Shown here one piece after another: positions 1-12,600 of a stretch of 64,000 nucleotides of DNA; the stretch's first letter is position 1, and each line of letters starts with the position of its first letter. Source of the stretch: Phoronis australis (taxonomy: Eukaryota; Animalia; Phoronida); the NCBI GenBank assembly GCA_002633005.1, contig NMRA01000472.1, positions 32,716 to 96,715 of the forward strand, in the 5' to 3' direction. The notes beneath the pieces are model-generated. The model was not told the DNA's origin. It worked only from the letters and a program-made list of their open reading frames with translations, and did not search any database. A program made the position numbers and the translations under genes.

Positions 1-375
1 TTCAACAAACCATGAAGAATTGTTCTTTCTCCCAATACCATTCACGGTGTCCTGTTACGGCGACTTCGTAAGAAATTCGCAGTCAAAGAACAAAAATGTT
101 CACAAAAAGCCCCCACACACGTCCTCCCTGGGCCCGTCGAGGTCAAGGACGGTACGGAAATTGCCGCTTTGTCGCGTAAAGTCACGATGTCGCTACTTCC
201 GTAACTCACCGGCAATTTCCGTACCGTCCTTGACCGCGACGGGCCCAGGGAGGACGTGTGTGGGGGCTTTTTGTGAACATTTTTGTTCTTTGACTGCGAA
301 TTTCTTACGAAGTCGCCGTAACAGGACACCGTGAATGGTATTGGGAGAAAGAACAATTCTTCATGGTTTGTTGAA
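1..375. mobile_element. Near-perfect palindromic (foldback/MITE-like) element, probably truncated by the window start
   Basis: 1-166 is the reverse complement of 210-375 with about one mismatch, around a 43-nt spacer. This explains the near-identical 104-aa ORFs on both strands. Confidence 0.8.
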
Positions 376-537
376 ACCCTGTTTTGTGTAAATTTATTGA
401 GTTTTATGTTTGCTATGGACGGCTAAAATGAAGCACCCGTGGAATTTCTAGTCGGGAGTGTCATACCTTGTAGTATTATATGTAGTGTATTGGGGACGAT
501 CAGAAGCTGAGGACGCCTGTGATATCGACCCGTTCTA

Positions 538-983
538 AATGCCTTAACACCCTTCAAGAGTCTATTAAATGCAAGCCGTTACGTGCTTGCAGCTCACTGT
601 AATATATTATTACAAGACATTATACAACGTAACACACTTCAACGCGTCCTACATGCGTGTTACAGTGCGCTCCAGGATCAAGTCGATGTTTACTCTTGTT
701 GCCAAGATTTTCGCTTATATTCAGCTTCGAGACTAGCGGCAATCTGTATTTCGCACCGACTTTACAAAATGGCAGCCTCAGATGAAAGTACCGCTATCCC
801 AGAACTCTTAAGTCTCGCGACTTCACACTTGTTCTCGTTGCTCAAAGAAAAGGCCGTCTCATTATGGTCTTGTTGAAGAGTGTTACAGACAGTGTGTAAC
901 GTATTGTAGTAATATATTACATTGACTTACAATCCTGTAACGGCTTGCTTTTAATATACTCTTGAATGGAGTTACGGCGTTTG
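538..983. mobile_element. Degenerate MITE with long imperfect terminal inverted repeats
   Basis: ttcaagagtctattaaatgcaagccgttac...tgtaatatattattacaa (554-615) is mirrored by ttgtagtaatatattaca...gtaacggcttgcttttaatatactcttgaa (905-966). Confidence 0.6.
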
Positions 984-3681
984 GCCGGAAGGAGTGATAG
1001 AACATATATTTAAAAACACACACTACGGGCAATTCTGTGAAAAGCATAAGCACAGTATTTCTCTACCATGCACGTCACAGCTATCAAAGGTGGCAACCCT
1101 CCAGGACTGAGATGTCGAGACTTAACTTTTGGCCACGTGATGTGACCAACATAAATTGCAAGTAACAATAATAAGTCTTACTTCTACCGTGTCCAGGCAC
1201 TGATTTATAACAGAACATACCAAAGATAACATTTTGATACGCAAAAGTCATACAGAATAATTGTGTTCCACGAGGTTTCTGTGTTAACTCCATGCCATTG
1301 AGGGGGCACATAACAATTCTCACTGAGTTTTGCCCAGCACAACACACGACCTTACCTTTTCTTCACTCTGGTGAAAACCGTATGCATGAAAACAAAGAGT
1401 CATTTCACATCCTACATGTGGTCACAGAAACTTTATTCTGTCTTGTATTGTTAGCCCTTTCACTCCTACTGAAAAGCAAGACTATTTAGAAAAAAGGGAC
1501 AGAAAGCCCCAAAATGGCACACTTTTTACCCCAAAACCACCATTTCTCTACCCATGCGTGACACAAGCCGACAGTAGATTCTGAAAGCAAATTTCCCTCA
1601 GATTCCAAACGTGTGGTCCAAAAGTACTGTCAACCAATCATATTTTGCAATTCTGGCTTATTTCAGGGCTACATGAAATGCCAATTTTTCAGCCGCTACA
1701 CAAATACAACAGGGGGCCACCATGGTGAAGAAGAGTGCATCTTACAGCCAAGCAAATTGTATTTTCTCTTTACCATCATGATCACAAATGCAAACAAGCC
1801 AGATTCACTGAGCCTACATAGAACGCCTACCATAAAACTGTCGCCAAGCGTGGCGTACACTTAGAATTTACTTTTTTGCTCTGCAAATTGGCAGCGGCTG
1901 CAGCCTAACTGTTCAGTGTCATATGAACACGTAATTACGGACACATGACTTGTATAAGTTCCACAAGCATCTATTCGAATGTCGACATACCGGGCCTTTA
2001 CTCAGCGAATACTCGAGTCCGCCATTTGAATCCACACAGGACGGAAACTGAGCTAAGCGGGACACTAAGTCATTTTATACATTTAATTCACTTTGTCAAA
2101 GTGACATTATAGGCTAGAAATATCTTTTTTGAGAAAAGCCTCAATGCTGAAACGAACCGGCTTTGCGTCGCCGCTAACCGCACTGCGAGTTGAGCCATAT
2201 CCCACACATTATATTTGACACAGCCTTTTAAGCGTATTTACCTATTTAATTCCTCGCCTTTAATTTCAGTGAATGTCTGGCAGACAACGGCAAGAATAAA
2301 CGATTTGTAATAAAATAACGAAAACAAAAGAGTCTTTATTGCTTTATAGCTAGGTTCAAAGCTAGTAACTTCAAAAAGTCTTTCCCGTTCAACAACAACC
2401 CCAAAGTTGCTATTTTTTAGCCTGAAGAAACGATAGTGTCCTTATAAAATGTTACAATTGAATAACGCGTTAGAAGACGGAATTGGAAATACAAAATAAA
2501 TTCTTTTTCACCACAGGAAATAGAGTAACTTATGCAATTACACAAATCCACAACATTGCGTCAGCATGTTGAAATGTTGTTTTTATATGTTTGTTTACTT
2601 ATTACTGTTTTTCATTTGACTTGTTACATTTAGGGTTTTTCGTTTGTAACTGGACTTCACTTATTCGAGTGACATAATAAAATTCGGGTTTGCTGCTGCT
2701 TTATTTTCCATTTCTGTCAAATTGGCTTGATCAAATAGGCACAAAGGATTTTTTCACAGGTGTTTTATTACTTCCATCCAGCTCTTGTTCTTTAACACCA
2801 TTGTATAAATATTTTGTTAAAAACTTTATTCATACTCCAGGCATTCAGTTGTGCATACTTAAATTACCTATTCTAAAGCTGGTTTGCCGAATAAACACTG
2901 TTTGATAAAAGTGGGCCTATTACTGTTACTGTCGGTTCGTTGAGCGCCAAGTGGGTTCACTGACTGTGTTATCCATTAAGAAGAAGCTAATGAAGACGCA
3001 GTTTACTGGTGTTGAATAGGTAAATGAGTGGAGGATTATTTTCTACCTTTTAAGTGGCTTACACACAAAAGGACGGTGTTCCGGCTAGTCGAGCGATTGC
3101 AGCTACCGCGTCAATTATGTTATTGTTAAAATTATTCCTTTACAGCAAATGTGGTAGAGATGAAGCTTCTTTGACAACTCTGAAAAAATGCTGCCAGGAC
3201 CATGCCCACAGTTTCCATTGCATACGACAGTGACACATATAGTTATGCTTCTCTGACTTTCACTGTATGATATTGGACAATAACCTTCCTTCTTACGTGT
3301 TTATGCATGATCTGAAAAAACACCTCTCCCCTTGCAAGCGTTTTTCCCGAGTTCAAGAAAATTTTAACCACCTCAGTGTTGCAAAGTCGTATAGTCACTG
3401 CTTGGGCTTTTTGGACGTTCCTGCTACAGTTTACACATACGTGTATATTTTCTACATCAGCACACGTTAGTACTAAAACTAATTTGTTATAGGCTATAAG
3501 GTCCGATATCATGTGTTCTCAAACCATGCGTGAGTTTACGTGACTTCTGTTTACGACCTCGGACGTGTGGGGAGGTGTTGAATTGACAATTAGCATGCTG
3601 TCTGTTATCTGAGTATTCGCACTTTGAACTATATTGCCATTATTGCTGCGCTTCGACTGGACGTTAAAATACTCTGACGAG

Positions 3682-3776
3682 ATGGGTCTCTCAAAAGCTC
3701 AAGTTGGAATCATACAGAGTAACTGGGCAGTGATAATGGAAGATTTGCTAGAAAATGGTCGCGTCATGTTTGCCAA
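3682..3776 (+). CDS. Globin exon 1 (helices A-B)
   Basis: ATG at 3682; MGLSKAQVGIIQSNW...GRVMFA; phase-2 donor AA|gtgagt. Confidence 0.9.
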
Positions 3777-6700
3777 GTGAGTTTTCCTAAATGTGAAGTG
3801 TGCTGTAAATTCTTTCATTTGGCAAGCTTCACTTTTTGAATAAAAATGTCTTTTTTACGTTCAAGTCAGCAGATACGAATCGTGATCTACTAAAATGTTC
3901 TCAGTTCCAATGATTTTAGCACACACACTTTGCAAATAGCAGGATTGCTTCTTAATTAAATGTTAGAACGTGTAATCAACGTCTTCATGTAAGCAGTTAT
4001 AATTAGGTTCGTCATACCGCGCATCAATACAACGAGGGAAAGATGACATTGTGTGTACATGTAAGCTACGGTTCCGTTGACAGAGCTTTTGAAGATAGCA
4101 GCACACATGCACTTTGGAAAGGCGCCCCGGCGGATGGCCCTGTAATAGAAAGTCACATCAAAAACGTAAGGGGACAATTCTTTGTAACATGCGTTCTTTC
4201 AATGTCCGCTTCTCTCAGTGCTGTAGCTTTGTCTTCGTAGCTAAATGAAAAAATACAACTCAACTCTTTTCAATTGTGGAGCATACTTGTCCTGACAAAG
4301 CGAAGATTCGTCACTATTTTCGTTTTTGAAAGGAAACCAATTTGGTTAGGAAAAAAGATATTTAGCATTTCATTCTTCAGCTGTCGAAGATATTCTTAAA
4401 AGAAAGCACGAACTGGTTACAAAACTACAAAATTGATGGTCACGTGTTGTAGCATGGGTAGTACATATTTTAAGAGCTTTGGTTAAAAAGTGAATGCTCC
4501 TTCTTGTGTGAAAATTACATGCAATCTATCACATAACGCACACAACGAAAATAAATGGCGACAGATCTGTTGTCAAGCAAGGCGAATTCTAGGCATTCTT
4601 GTACGAATCGTTCTTTTCAGATTTTCATCCGATTAACTGAAGTCATTGACAAGCTGGGTGACGACAAGTCTTCCGTTGCCCTGCTGCGGCAGACTGGCAT
4701 TACGCACAAAGGTTATGGCATCAACGTGGATACACACGTCCGCGTAAGGATCTGGAATTTAAACTGCAACGATTTCTTTGTTATTTTAATCAACTTCCAA
4801 AATTGCTACTGCACTGTACAAGTCGCAGAGCAAAACTGTACTGAACGTAATAAGACACTTCTTGAGAATGTGCTTAGTCATTAGCGAGCATACAGTTGAT
4901 GGAGGTTTTCATCTACGGCACTCAGCCGTTTTTTAAATGCATTATGGGACGACTGTGAGCTCGTAAACATCTGGTAACATCACATGGGCCACGTTCCATA
5001 AACGCAAGAATTTGTGATTAAAACTTCGATTATAATAAGAAATCCTGCAATTTATTTTTTCTTTCATGTCTGAATAATACGGTAGCCCAAAGTTAACATT
5101 GAAGAAATAAAATTACAAAAAAATCGCTTTTCCCCGCCGAGAAAACTTTTCTCCGCGAAGAAAACCTTTCTGCCGCGGTGACAACTTTTTTCTCCGTGGA
5201 AATAAGGTGTTTTTTTACTGAGACAATCGTCTGCTCGCGTTCCTCAACTCTCCGTCTCTGTCGGTCGTAGTTTAAAATCAGTTTTTGCGGTACATTCCTT
5301 ATCTCAAGTTCTGCAAATCAGCGCAATTTCCACCGTTATTTCCCAATACTGTGATCAACACGAGGAAATGTTTCTACCATTTACAGTCCAGAAGCTAACA
5401 CAGGAAAATAGACCAAGAAAACTAAGAAATTCATCGAAGCTAAAACGGCGCACTGCTGCCCAACTGTTCACGGAATCTTTCAAATTTTAGATTTCCAGAT
5501 GGATTGCTTCTAAGTTTCCGACAAACTTTTGATGTTATTGAATGGTTTAGTGGTTTACGTTGTATATTTCACAAACTGAAAGTTCTTAATATATATGGGA
5601 TAAATAGGTTAATCCCACATACATAAGAATACTACTGCGATACCCTATCTCGACTTCATCTGGGAACGTCCCAACTCAACCTTCGATCTTGTTGGGACAT
5701 TCCCAGATGAAATGAATTCTCGATAGGATATGGTAGTAGTATTCCTGTACATGTAGGCTAACCTATATGTAGATGGCGCTAAACAACACCACAAGCCAAT
5801 CACGGATTAAGAAACATTTCTGGTACCCACGGTACAGTGGATACCTATGTAAGAAACCGCTTGCTAGACTAATGGTTTTGCCCCAGTTAATAAAACTGCA
5901 GAGCTTATATCTGATCGTCGACAAAACGAACACCATACAAATCTTAATGTTTAAATTCATTCGAACGAATTTTATAACACGTTGAAGCATCGTCATTTAC
6001 AAGTAAGTTTGCACGAAACTGGTTTGCTTTCATGAATTTGATAGTAACTGGAATGTAAAGAGTGTGTATAAAATGGAATTGAAAACTGAGCTTCACGCTA
6101 ATACAATAGCCGATACGCAAATCCGACAATTTGAAATCCGCGCCCTCTGGTGCCACGTTGCATCTTGAGAAAGCTCTGAGTAACCACTTTAAATTGTCCC
6201 CGAAAATACGGAAAATATTTTAAAAGGTTTTAGTAGCACAGGGCGGAACCAAGATTTTGAATTGGGGGCAGGACAGAGTATTATCCAGCATTTTGCCCGT
6301 CAGGCATTAGCTTCCCCGAACTGCCAAATGAAATCTGGAGGATTTTAGGGGGGGCCATGGTTCCATTGGCCCCCCTAAGTCCGCCACTACAGCGTATCTA
6401 CAGAATTTTATATGAAAGTACAAAATAGGGTGAAAAGGGGTCGAGAAACTGTACACAAATATTTGTCTTGCAATAAGTTCAACCTTGACGCCCTTCGTGC
6501 TTGCATTTACGCAGCCCTACAACGGTGCACGCTTCAAACAGCTTGTTTATGACAGCCCCTGTCACATCTACTTCTGTCAATATTTCTTCGTTCATCTTTG
6601 CTAATAGGCCTAACGAGTTCTCGCAGACTCGTGTCGGACACTTGCCTTACGTTCAATAAGGAAAGCTCTTCGAAGCGCTTCGCGAGATTTTGATATTTAA

Positions 6701-7328
6701 CGACAAGCTAGCGGAAAGCGCTTTCCTTTTTGGCGAGCGTTTCTCAAGGTGCATAGCTAACAAAACAAAGATGGAAAACAGATCGTTCAATAGCGACGTC
6801 TGACAGTTCGAAGCGCTCGTGGAAATCGCTTCAAAACGCTTCCCTTATTGAACACAAGGCAGGTTACTCGGGTCAACCCCAGTGCTCGACGCTTCAACTA
6901 CCTCCTGACATGCGCACTGCGTTTCTGCCTGTGGGCTATGTAGTAAGGGGAGGGGGGGGGGGGCATGCCCATGTCGTTTTGTTAGTCGTGTCCACATGGG
7001 GGTGGGGGAGGGGACTACCGATTTTCAGGTGACAACTAAATATTTTTGGAACTCTTAATGATCAGACGTGTTTTGTTGCTATGAAACTGATTCTCAAACG
7101 TTCAAAGGCACACGACCATGTTTTACTATAAGTTTATGGAGATTGCAGTTTTCGAGATAAGCTGGACATTGTCGTTTTGATATATCTAATTTACGATTTC
7201 AGGTGATTGGAGAGGCAATAATTCACATGCTTGAGAAAAGACTTGGAAGCGATTTTGATGCCGACGCTCACGCCGCATGGGAGGCTGTATGGGACTTCAT
7301 TGTAAGAGTCATGTTCAAGGAAATCTAG
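3682..7328 (+). CDS. Globin, neuroglobin-like intron pattern, 141 aa; join(3682..3776,4084..4165,4621..4743,7203..7328)
   Basis: GT-AG-bounded exons splice in frame to MGLSKAQVGIIQSNWAVIMEDLLENGRVMFAK/AFEDSSTHALWKGAPADGPVIESHIKN/IFIRLTEVIDKLGDDKSSVALLRQTGITHKGYGINVDTHVR/VIGEAIIHMLEKRLGSDFDADAHAAWEAVWDFIVRVMFKEI*. Trp in helix A, Phe B10, distal His E7, proximal His F8 and helix-H AW are present. Introns fall at B12.2, E11.0 and G7.0. Confidence 0.9.
4084..4165 (+). CDS. Globin exon 2 (B12-E10, distal His)
   Basis: Acceptor ttgacag, donor gtaagg; AFEDSSTHALWKGAPADGPVIESHIKN. Confidence 0.85.
4621..4743 (+). CDS. Globin exon 3 (E11-G6, proximal His)
   Basis: Acceptor ttcttttcag, donor gtaagg; LLRQTGITHKGYGI matches the globin F helix. 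Confidence 0.88.
5590..5768. mobile_element. Palindromic MITE in globin intron 3
   Basis: gaatactactgcgataccctatc...catctgggaacgtcccaac is mirrored by gttgggacattcccagatg...gataggatatggtagtagtattc. TA-rich flanks; a related sequence lies at 23810-24050. Confidence 0.65.
6238..6389. mobile_element. About 150-bp MITE family with CAGTGGCGGA-type termini (other copies at 34501-34655 and 41784-41914)
   Basis: Shared internal gggcagagtatt...tctggag...ggggccatgg and terminal ccgccact among three copies; the 34501 copy has both TIRs (CAGTGGCGGATT...AATCCGCCGCTG). Confidence 0.6.
6644..6860. mobile_element. Small MITE with inverted termini
   Basis: gccttacgttcaataaggaaagc versus gcttcccttattgaacacaaggc. 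Confidence 0.5.
7203..7328 (+). CDS. Globin exon 4 (helices G-H, stop)
   Basis: Acceptor gatttcag; VIGEAIIHMLEKRLGSDFDADAHAAWEAVW...; TAG at 7326-7328. Confidence 0.9.
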   Translation: MIGEAIIHMLEKRLGSDFDADAHAAWEAVWDFIVRVMFKEI

Positions 7329-7946
7329 TTGCTCTCTTTGTTTCCAAGTTTTTCAAGTGTCTTTTTCAATACAACCTTCAATGTAACAGTGAATAATTAT
7401 GTTGTTTTAAAAGAACATGGGTGAAGTTTTGTGCCGTATATTTTGTCTGGTGCAGATTTTAAATCACGTATTTGTCAACAAATGTCGTATTGTCATTTCC
7501 CTGCTCGAGGCATAATATGATCGGTCGTGGCGATCTCGGCAACTCGTACTTACGTGTCCCTCAAGCAATAATGAACTGACAGTTCCTTCAAAGCTCAGAT
7601 AGTAGTAATAGTAGTAGAACTCTAGTATGACGAAGGTGCAATTTTAGACCATAATAATATATAAGTGGTCAAGATCAAAAGTTGTGACATTGCAGTGGCG
7701 GATCTAGGATATCGCAAGGGGGGCCCAACATTTTGTCCGGCTGTAAGCATTTGCGCAAACCACGATTGTAGATGCGCATAGCACTGAATGGGGGGTGGTC
7801 GAGAGGGGGGCTCCCCACCAGCCCAGGAAAATTTTCTGTCTTTTCCTCTAAAAATCAAGCATTTTCCTTGATTCCTGAAGTATTATCCAAGAAAAAAGGC
7901 AAAAAACCGGAGAATGTGTCAAACAGGAAAAAATGCAATTATCAGA

Positions 7947-8006
7947 GACTTGACCTCACGACCTAGCGGATAGAGCGCGCGTGCTTTACCACTACACCAC
8001 CACGAC
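7947..8006 (-). mobile_element. tRNA-derived SINE head fragment
   Basis: Minus strand has A box TGGTGTAGTGG and a degenerate B box GGTCAAGTC at tRNA-like spacing; it resembles the 21170-21295 element. Confidence 0.45.
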
Positions 8007-8447
8007 TTCGCTACTAAATTCATGATAAGAGACCTTGTTGTTTATGGTCCACAGCGTTTGCGCGCGAAACCTATTTCTTTTTGTAATGCTTATTACACTT
8101 TTATATTTTGTGCAATCGGTTCTTAACAATTTTTTTTGTGTCTAAAAGTCTTCAAATGCCCAAAAAACCATATCCGTTTTTCGTGTTGGCAATAATGACG
8201 GGATTGCTTTGGAAATCGTCTTAAGTTAAGGTTTGAGAAAGAGAGAATTATGAGTTTCTGAGTGATTCACTCGGGCTTCTATTAAAATTCACATCTTACC
8301 AGCAGCTTCTGTTTTTTCATCGTCACTCAGGTTCCATTTTCTTTATAAAATGAAGTAAATTTTCTTCATTGCACAGTGGAGCAGACGACGGAAACGGAGT
8401 CGTAGTGCGCAGCGCCACTGCCGGTCGCCTGGGATATCGCGGGAGAA

Positions 8448-9065
8448 CCTATACTTAGCCATTGTTCCGTTTGAATACGCCGTGTTCCGAATTTAACACT
8501 TGAAATTGGATCTGAGCCCCCCCCCAAACACTAAAACTGCACACATTTAAATCTTTTCTTTTTTCCTCCGTATAATTTTAATTACCGGTGTTAATTAATA
8601 AACTCAACATNAAAGTAAGTTTTAAGCAACTAGTCTAGCTTACTACATATCTTATCATGCTAAGTTTACACCGTGAAATTATCGTCTACTAAAGTAAGTA
8701 ACCACTAGTTACTGAGTATAATGCCCAAGTCAATGATGACACGTTACCTGCATTCAAACTGGAGATCGCTTATTTACGAGCGAGAGAAAATGACAGATAA
8801 ATTTTACTAAATTGGAGATGTTGTTTTCATTGAAATTTTGCGTCTTATTTTTCATAGCGTATAAATGTAGGTACAATGCCGTTTGTGATTATACATCGCG
8901 AGAGAGCCTATACTTAGCCATAGTTCCGTTACGATTGCGCCGTGTTCCGAATTTGACTCTTGAATTGGATCTGAGCCCCCCCTCCCAACACTAAAACTGC
9001 ACACATTTAAAACTTGTTTCACCCATACAATTTTAATTAACGGGGTTAATTAATAAACTCAACAT
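8448..9065 (+). repeat. About 160-bp direct repeat, two copies (8448-8610 and 8905-9065)
   Basis: cctatacttagccat...cgccgtgttccgaattt...ggatctgagcccc...ctaaaactgcacacatttaaa...ttaattaataaactcaacat occurs twice. Confidence 0.8.
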
Positions 9066-9556
9066 TTCCCCGCGCTCTTGCTGTTTTACATTTTTGCGGC
9101 AGCCAAGGGGGGGGGGGGTCTGTAGCTTTCACTCGTGTCTTGCATTTGGGGGAACGCAACCCAAGTCAACCCGTCGGAACATTTTGATTAGTTCTCGACT
9201 GCGACCTCTTGCTCACAAACCAATCAGACGCCATTTTACCCGTCCGAGATTCATAAGGCTGGTGAGAGAATCAAATGCAGCCAATACGTACCCTCTGGAC
9301 CCCCTTAATCCGACCATTGGGGAATACATTCATTGACTACTCAAAATATGCCTATGCAATGTAATTTACCGACAAATTTGAAATGACTTTAAAAATCATT
9401 TGTTTCTCGTTATTTCCAAAAACGTCTTCAGTGTCAACACTAGATATGTGAAGATACCGTCCATAACCACGTGACATGTTGCAGTGTACTCCTTGTGCAT
9501 GTGTGTTGAGGGTTGATGACTCCTGTCTCCTCAGTGAAGGGAGGTCCAGTGTGCGT

Positions 9557-11263
9557 TAGCCTTAGTGCAAAGCTGTATACTAAATATACAGCTTTGCACC
9601 GATGTGGGTAAAAAACTGGCCAAATAAAATCTAATGTCGTTAAAAGTTACACTCGTCCTTGAGTAAAATATATTATTTACGGGTGTTAGGAAAATTGGCG
9701 TTCTAACGTTATTCTTCTGCTAAAGCGATCTTATGCGTCGGCTTTCGGCGTCATAAAATATTGTGTCACGTATTAGTCAGTTTCTTTTTTCGTTGATTCA
9801 TAAATCAACTGCTCTTCATCCACCAGGTTGCGAACATGTCATAACAAATTATCGCAACTGGTTTCATTTCGTTAAAAGTTTTCAGTATTTTAATTTCGGA
9901 ACAAACTTTTCTGCTGCGAAGCTGGAACCATTTTCCGAGAGATGTCGCAAGAGATTTCGAAAATGGCGCGTGCGCGTGTTACGAGGCTATTGTTTTCAAA
10001 ACGACGACATACTTATTTGTTGGAAAAGGCTGATAATTATGCAAGAGCATGACATCTGTTAGATTGTTTTTCATTTAAACGGCTGCAACGGGCAAGGTGA
10101 GTGTCGATTGACTCCCGAATTTTGCATGCACCCCCGCTGGTCGTCAGCTCTACGTGTTGATATAGACGAGGTGACGAGCAGAAGTACCCGAGCGGCATGA
10201 AATTTCGAGGTGTGTTGGAGCTTAACACATACAGCTTTATTATTCATATAGTTAGCTGTATGAAGACTATCGTCAAAATACAGCTAGGTACCACTGTGTG
10301 TTTATCCTCCATATATCCGGCCCGAAATTGCACACAGCCAAGGTAGTTCTGCTCGTCAACTCGCCGTGAAACCTTTATCAACATGTAGAGCTAAAGACCG
10401 GACGGGGTGCATGCAAAATCCGGGAATCAAACGACAATCACCTTGCCCGTTACAGCTGTTTAAGTGGAAAACAATCTAATAAAGGTCATTTTCTTGCGTA
10501 ATCCTCCGCCTTTTCTAACAAAGATAGGTTATGTCGTCGCATTGAAAACAGTACGCTCATGATACGCGCACGCGCTATTTCTTAAATTTTGCGACATCTT
10601 TCGGGAGATAATGATAGCTTGGCAGCAACAAAATTTCTTCTGAAAATCGTTTTTTCGGTATCAAAATTCTAAAAACTTATAATGATTTGAAACCAGTTCC
10701 GATAATTTGCTGTGACGTGTACGCAACCTCGCGAAAGAACAACAGTTGTTTGAAAAAGAAACTGGGACCTGTTCCAAGAAACTGACTTAAGTTCATTTTT
10801 GACTTAGGTTTAAGATTTGTTATAAAAATCCAAACTTTGAAACTTCCACATTCTGTTAGTTAGTGAAATTTAAGACAAAACTTACATCACACAGTTAATC
10901 CAAACTTAAGATCTCTTTCTTGAATTGGTTTTGAGACAAATTTAACTTTTATCTTAAAATTTACTAAAATTTAGGATTTGTCTTAGCTAAGCCAGTTTTG
11001 TTGGAACAGGCCCCTGGTCAATAAATGACGCAATATTTCATGGCTATGAAAGCCGTCGCTAAAGATCGCTCCACAACTTTAGCAGCAGAATAACGATAGA
11101 ACGCCATTTTTCCAACACCGTTAAACAATTTACTTTACTAAAGGAAGAATGTAGTTTTTAATAACACTAATTTTGTGTCAGATTTTATCTTACCACTTTT
11201 TTACCCACATCCGCGCAAAGTTGTATATTTAGTATATAGCTTTGTACGAAGGCTAGCTGGCTA
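9557..11263. mobile_element. 1.7-kb non-autonomous foldback DNA transposon, Academ(H)-like
   Basis: Imperfect inverted arms of about 650-700 bp centred near 10250. Termini TAG...CTA; 9-bp direct repeat AGTGTGCGT at 9548-9556 and 11264-11272 (TSD). Confidence 0.75.
10765..11013. mobile_element. Harbinger/PIF-like MITE nested in the right arm of the foldback element
   Basis: TIRs GGACCTGTTCCAA...TTGGAACAGGCCC; 3-bp TSD CTG at 10762-10764 and 11014-11016; absent from the mirror arm. Confidence 0.75.
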
Positions 11264-12049
11264 AGTGTGCGTAAGTCCAATTTCACCCGGTGGCTTTATA
11301 CAAGTTTGGTACAATTAAACTAAAAACAGATTTGTAATTACATAATGCACGGGAACAATTTAAAATTCAAATTTCACCGGGGCAAAGCCGCTACGAATAT
11401 CGGTTAGTAATATTGGCAAGAGCGTAAATTATATGGGGTGGGGGGGGGGCTGTGATGTAAGGAAGACAGAAAAAGTTTGGGGCAGATGAGACTTCAAAAT
11501 TTGAGAGTTCTCAAAAATGTGGCTTCATGTGAACTCTTCATCCGTTAGCTTAGTTTTAAATGACAGCAAAAATTAGTTTGGGGCGACCTCGATTAATCTC
11601 GTCATAGAGATACGCGTACATATATTAAGTCATTTATGTCGTTTTTTAACGTATTCAGTAAATTGGATTAACCAACGTCCAAATGAAATGATGTCAAATA
11701 TTGGTATCGTGAATTTTCACTTTTATCTAAGCATCGAATTACCTGCTGATTCGTCTTAAAACAGTGGACTGTAATCTTTTCGAAGGTGTTTACTCTGAAC
11801 TGTATTTTGCTCTCGACTTTAAAAAAAAAACGTTTAGGTCAATCCGCACTCGCATAAATCAAGTTAGCGGGTGGTGAATCGTTCCAATGAAGTTATCAAT
11901 GAACTCCACTTGTTCCACGGTTTTGTCATCTGCAGTTAAGAGCACCAGCTCGCGGTCTTAAAACAACACAAGAAGGGGTACCGTCACAAGACATGAACCA
12001 CTGACAATAATTGTTTTCAAAGATGGTGCTTATGGGTTTGAGAGTAGAA

Positions 12050-12600
12050 AAGTGAATTTTTGGGATTAGACTATTATCGGTTACAAGGCTTTTGAAAGTT
12101 ATTTTCTATATCCAGAGCTCTAAAATAACAAAAATCCGTAGTGTATCTGTGATTTTATTAGAAATCGCCGATTCCCGACCTTGGCTTCCAGGCATTTGTT
12201 GGAGTTGTCTGAAACTCAGGTTGGTGACCTTATCAGTTAAGTGCGGACGGAGTTTAAATTTTGGACATGAAATTGACATGTTGCTGAAAAATTGTGGTGA
12301 CAAGTGCTCTCTTGTTCGACAAATTGGCTTGTTTATCGACAAGAATGGTGTTCTTCGTCGTGCAAGTAGATTAGGCAGGGGTGATCACCAACACTGTTTC
12401 TCTAGAAACGCTGGTTTACTTATCTTGTGATTGAGAGAGCACTGTTACATTCAGGTAAAGGTTCAACTATTGTTGAAGTGCGGAAGGTGTTTTGGATACC
12501 TTCGTGTAGGGCTAAAGTTCGTAGAGTGCTACAAAAGTGTGTTACGTGTTAAAAAGTTATGCCGGGAAATGCTTAAACTACTCTTTACTACAAAAGCGAT
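12050..12600 (+). mobile_element. Degenerate BEL/Pao LTR-retrotransposon pol fragment (linker and integrase zinc-binding region)
   Basis: LFIDKNGVLRRASRLG and, in a shifted frame, RKVFWIPSCRAKVRRVLQKCVTC; stops and frameshifts present. Confidence 0.7.

Noticed and set aside
20-356. Two nearly identical 104-aa ORFs on opposite strands
   Set aside because: A by-product of the DNA palindrome; TTG starts and no recognisable domain.
3490-3500. TATAAG about 190 nt upstream of the globin ATG as a TATA box
   Set aside because: Too common in AT-rich DNA to support without transcription start data.
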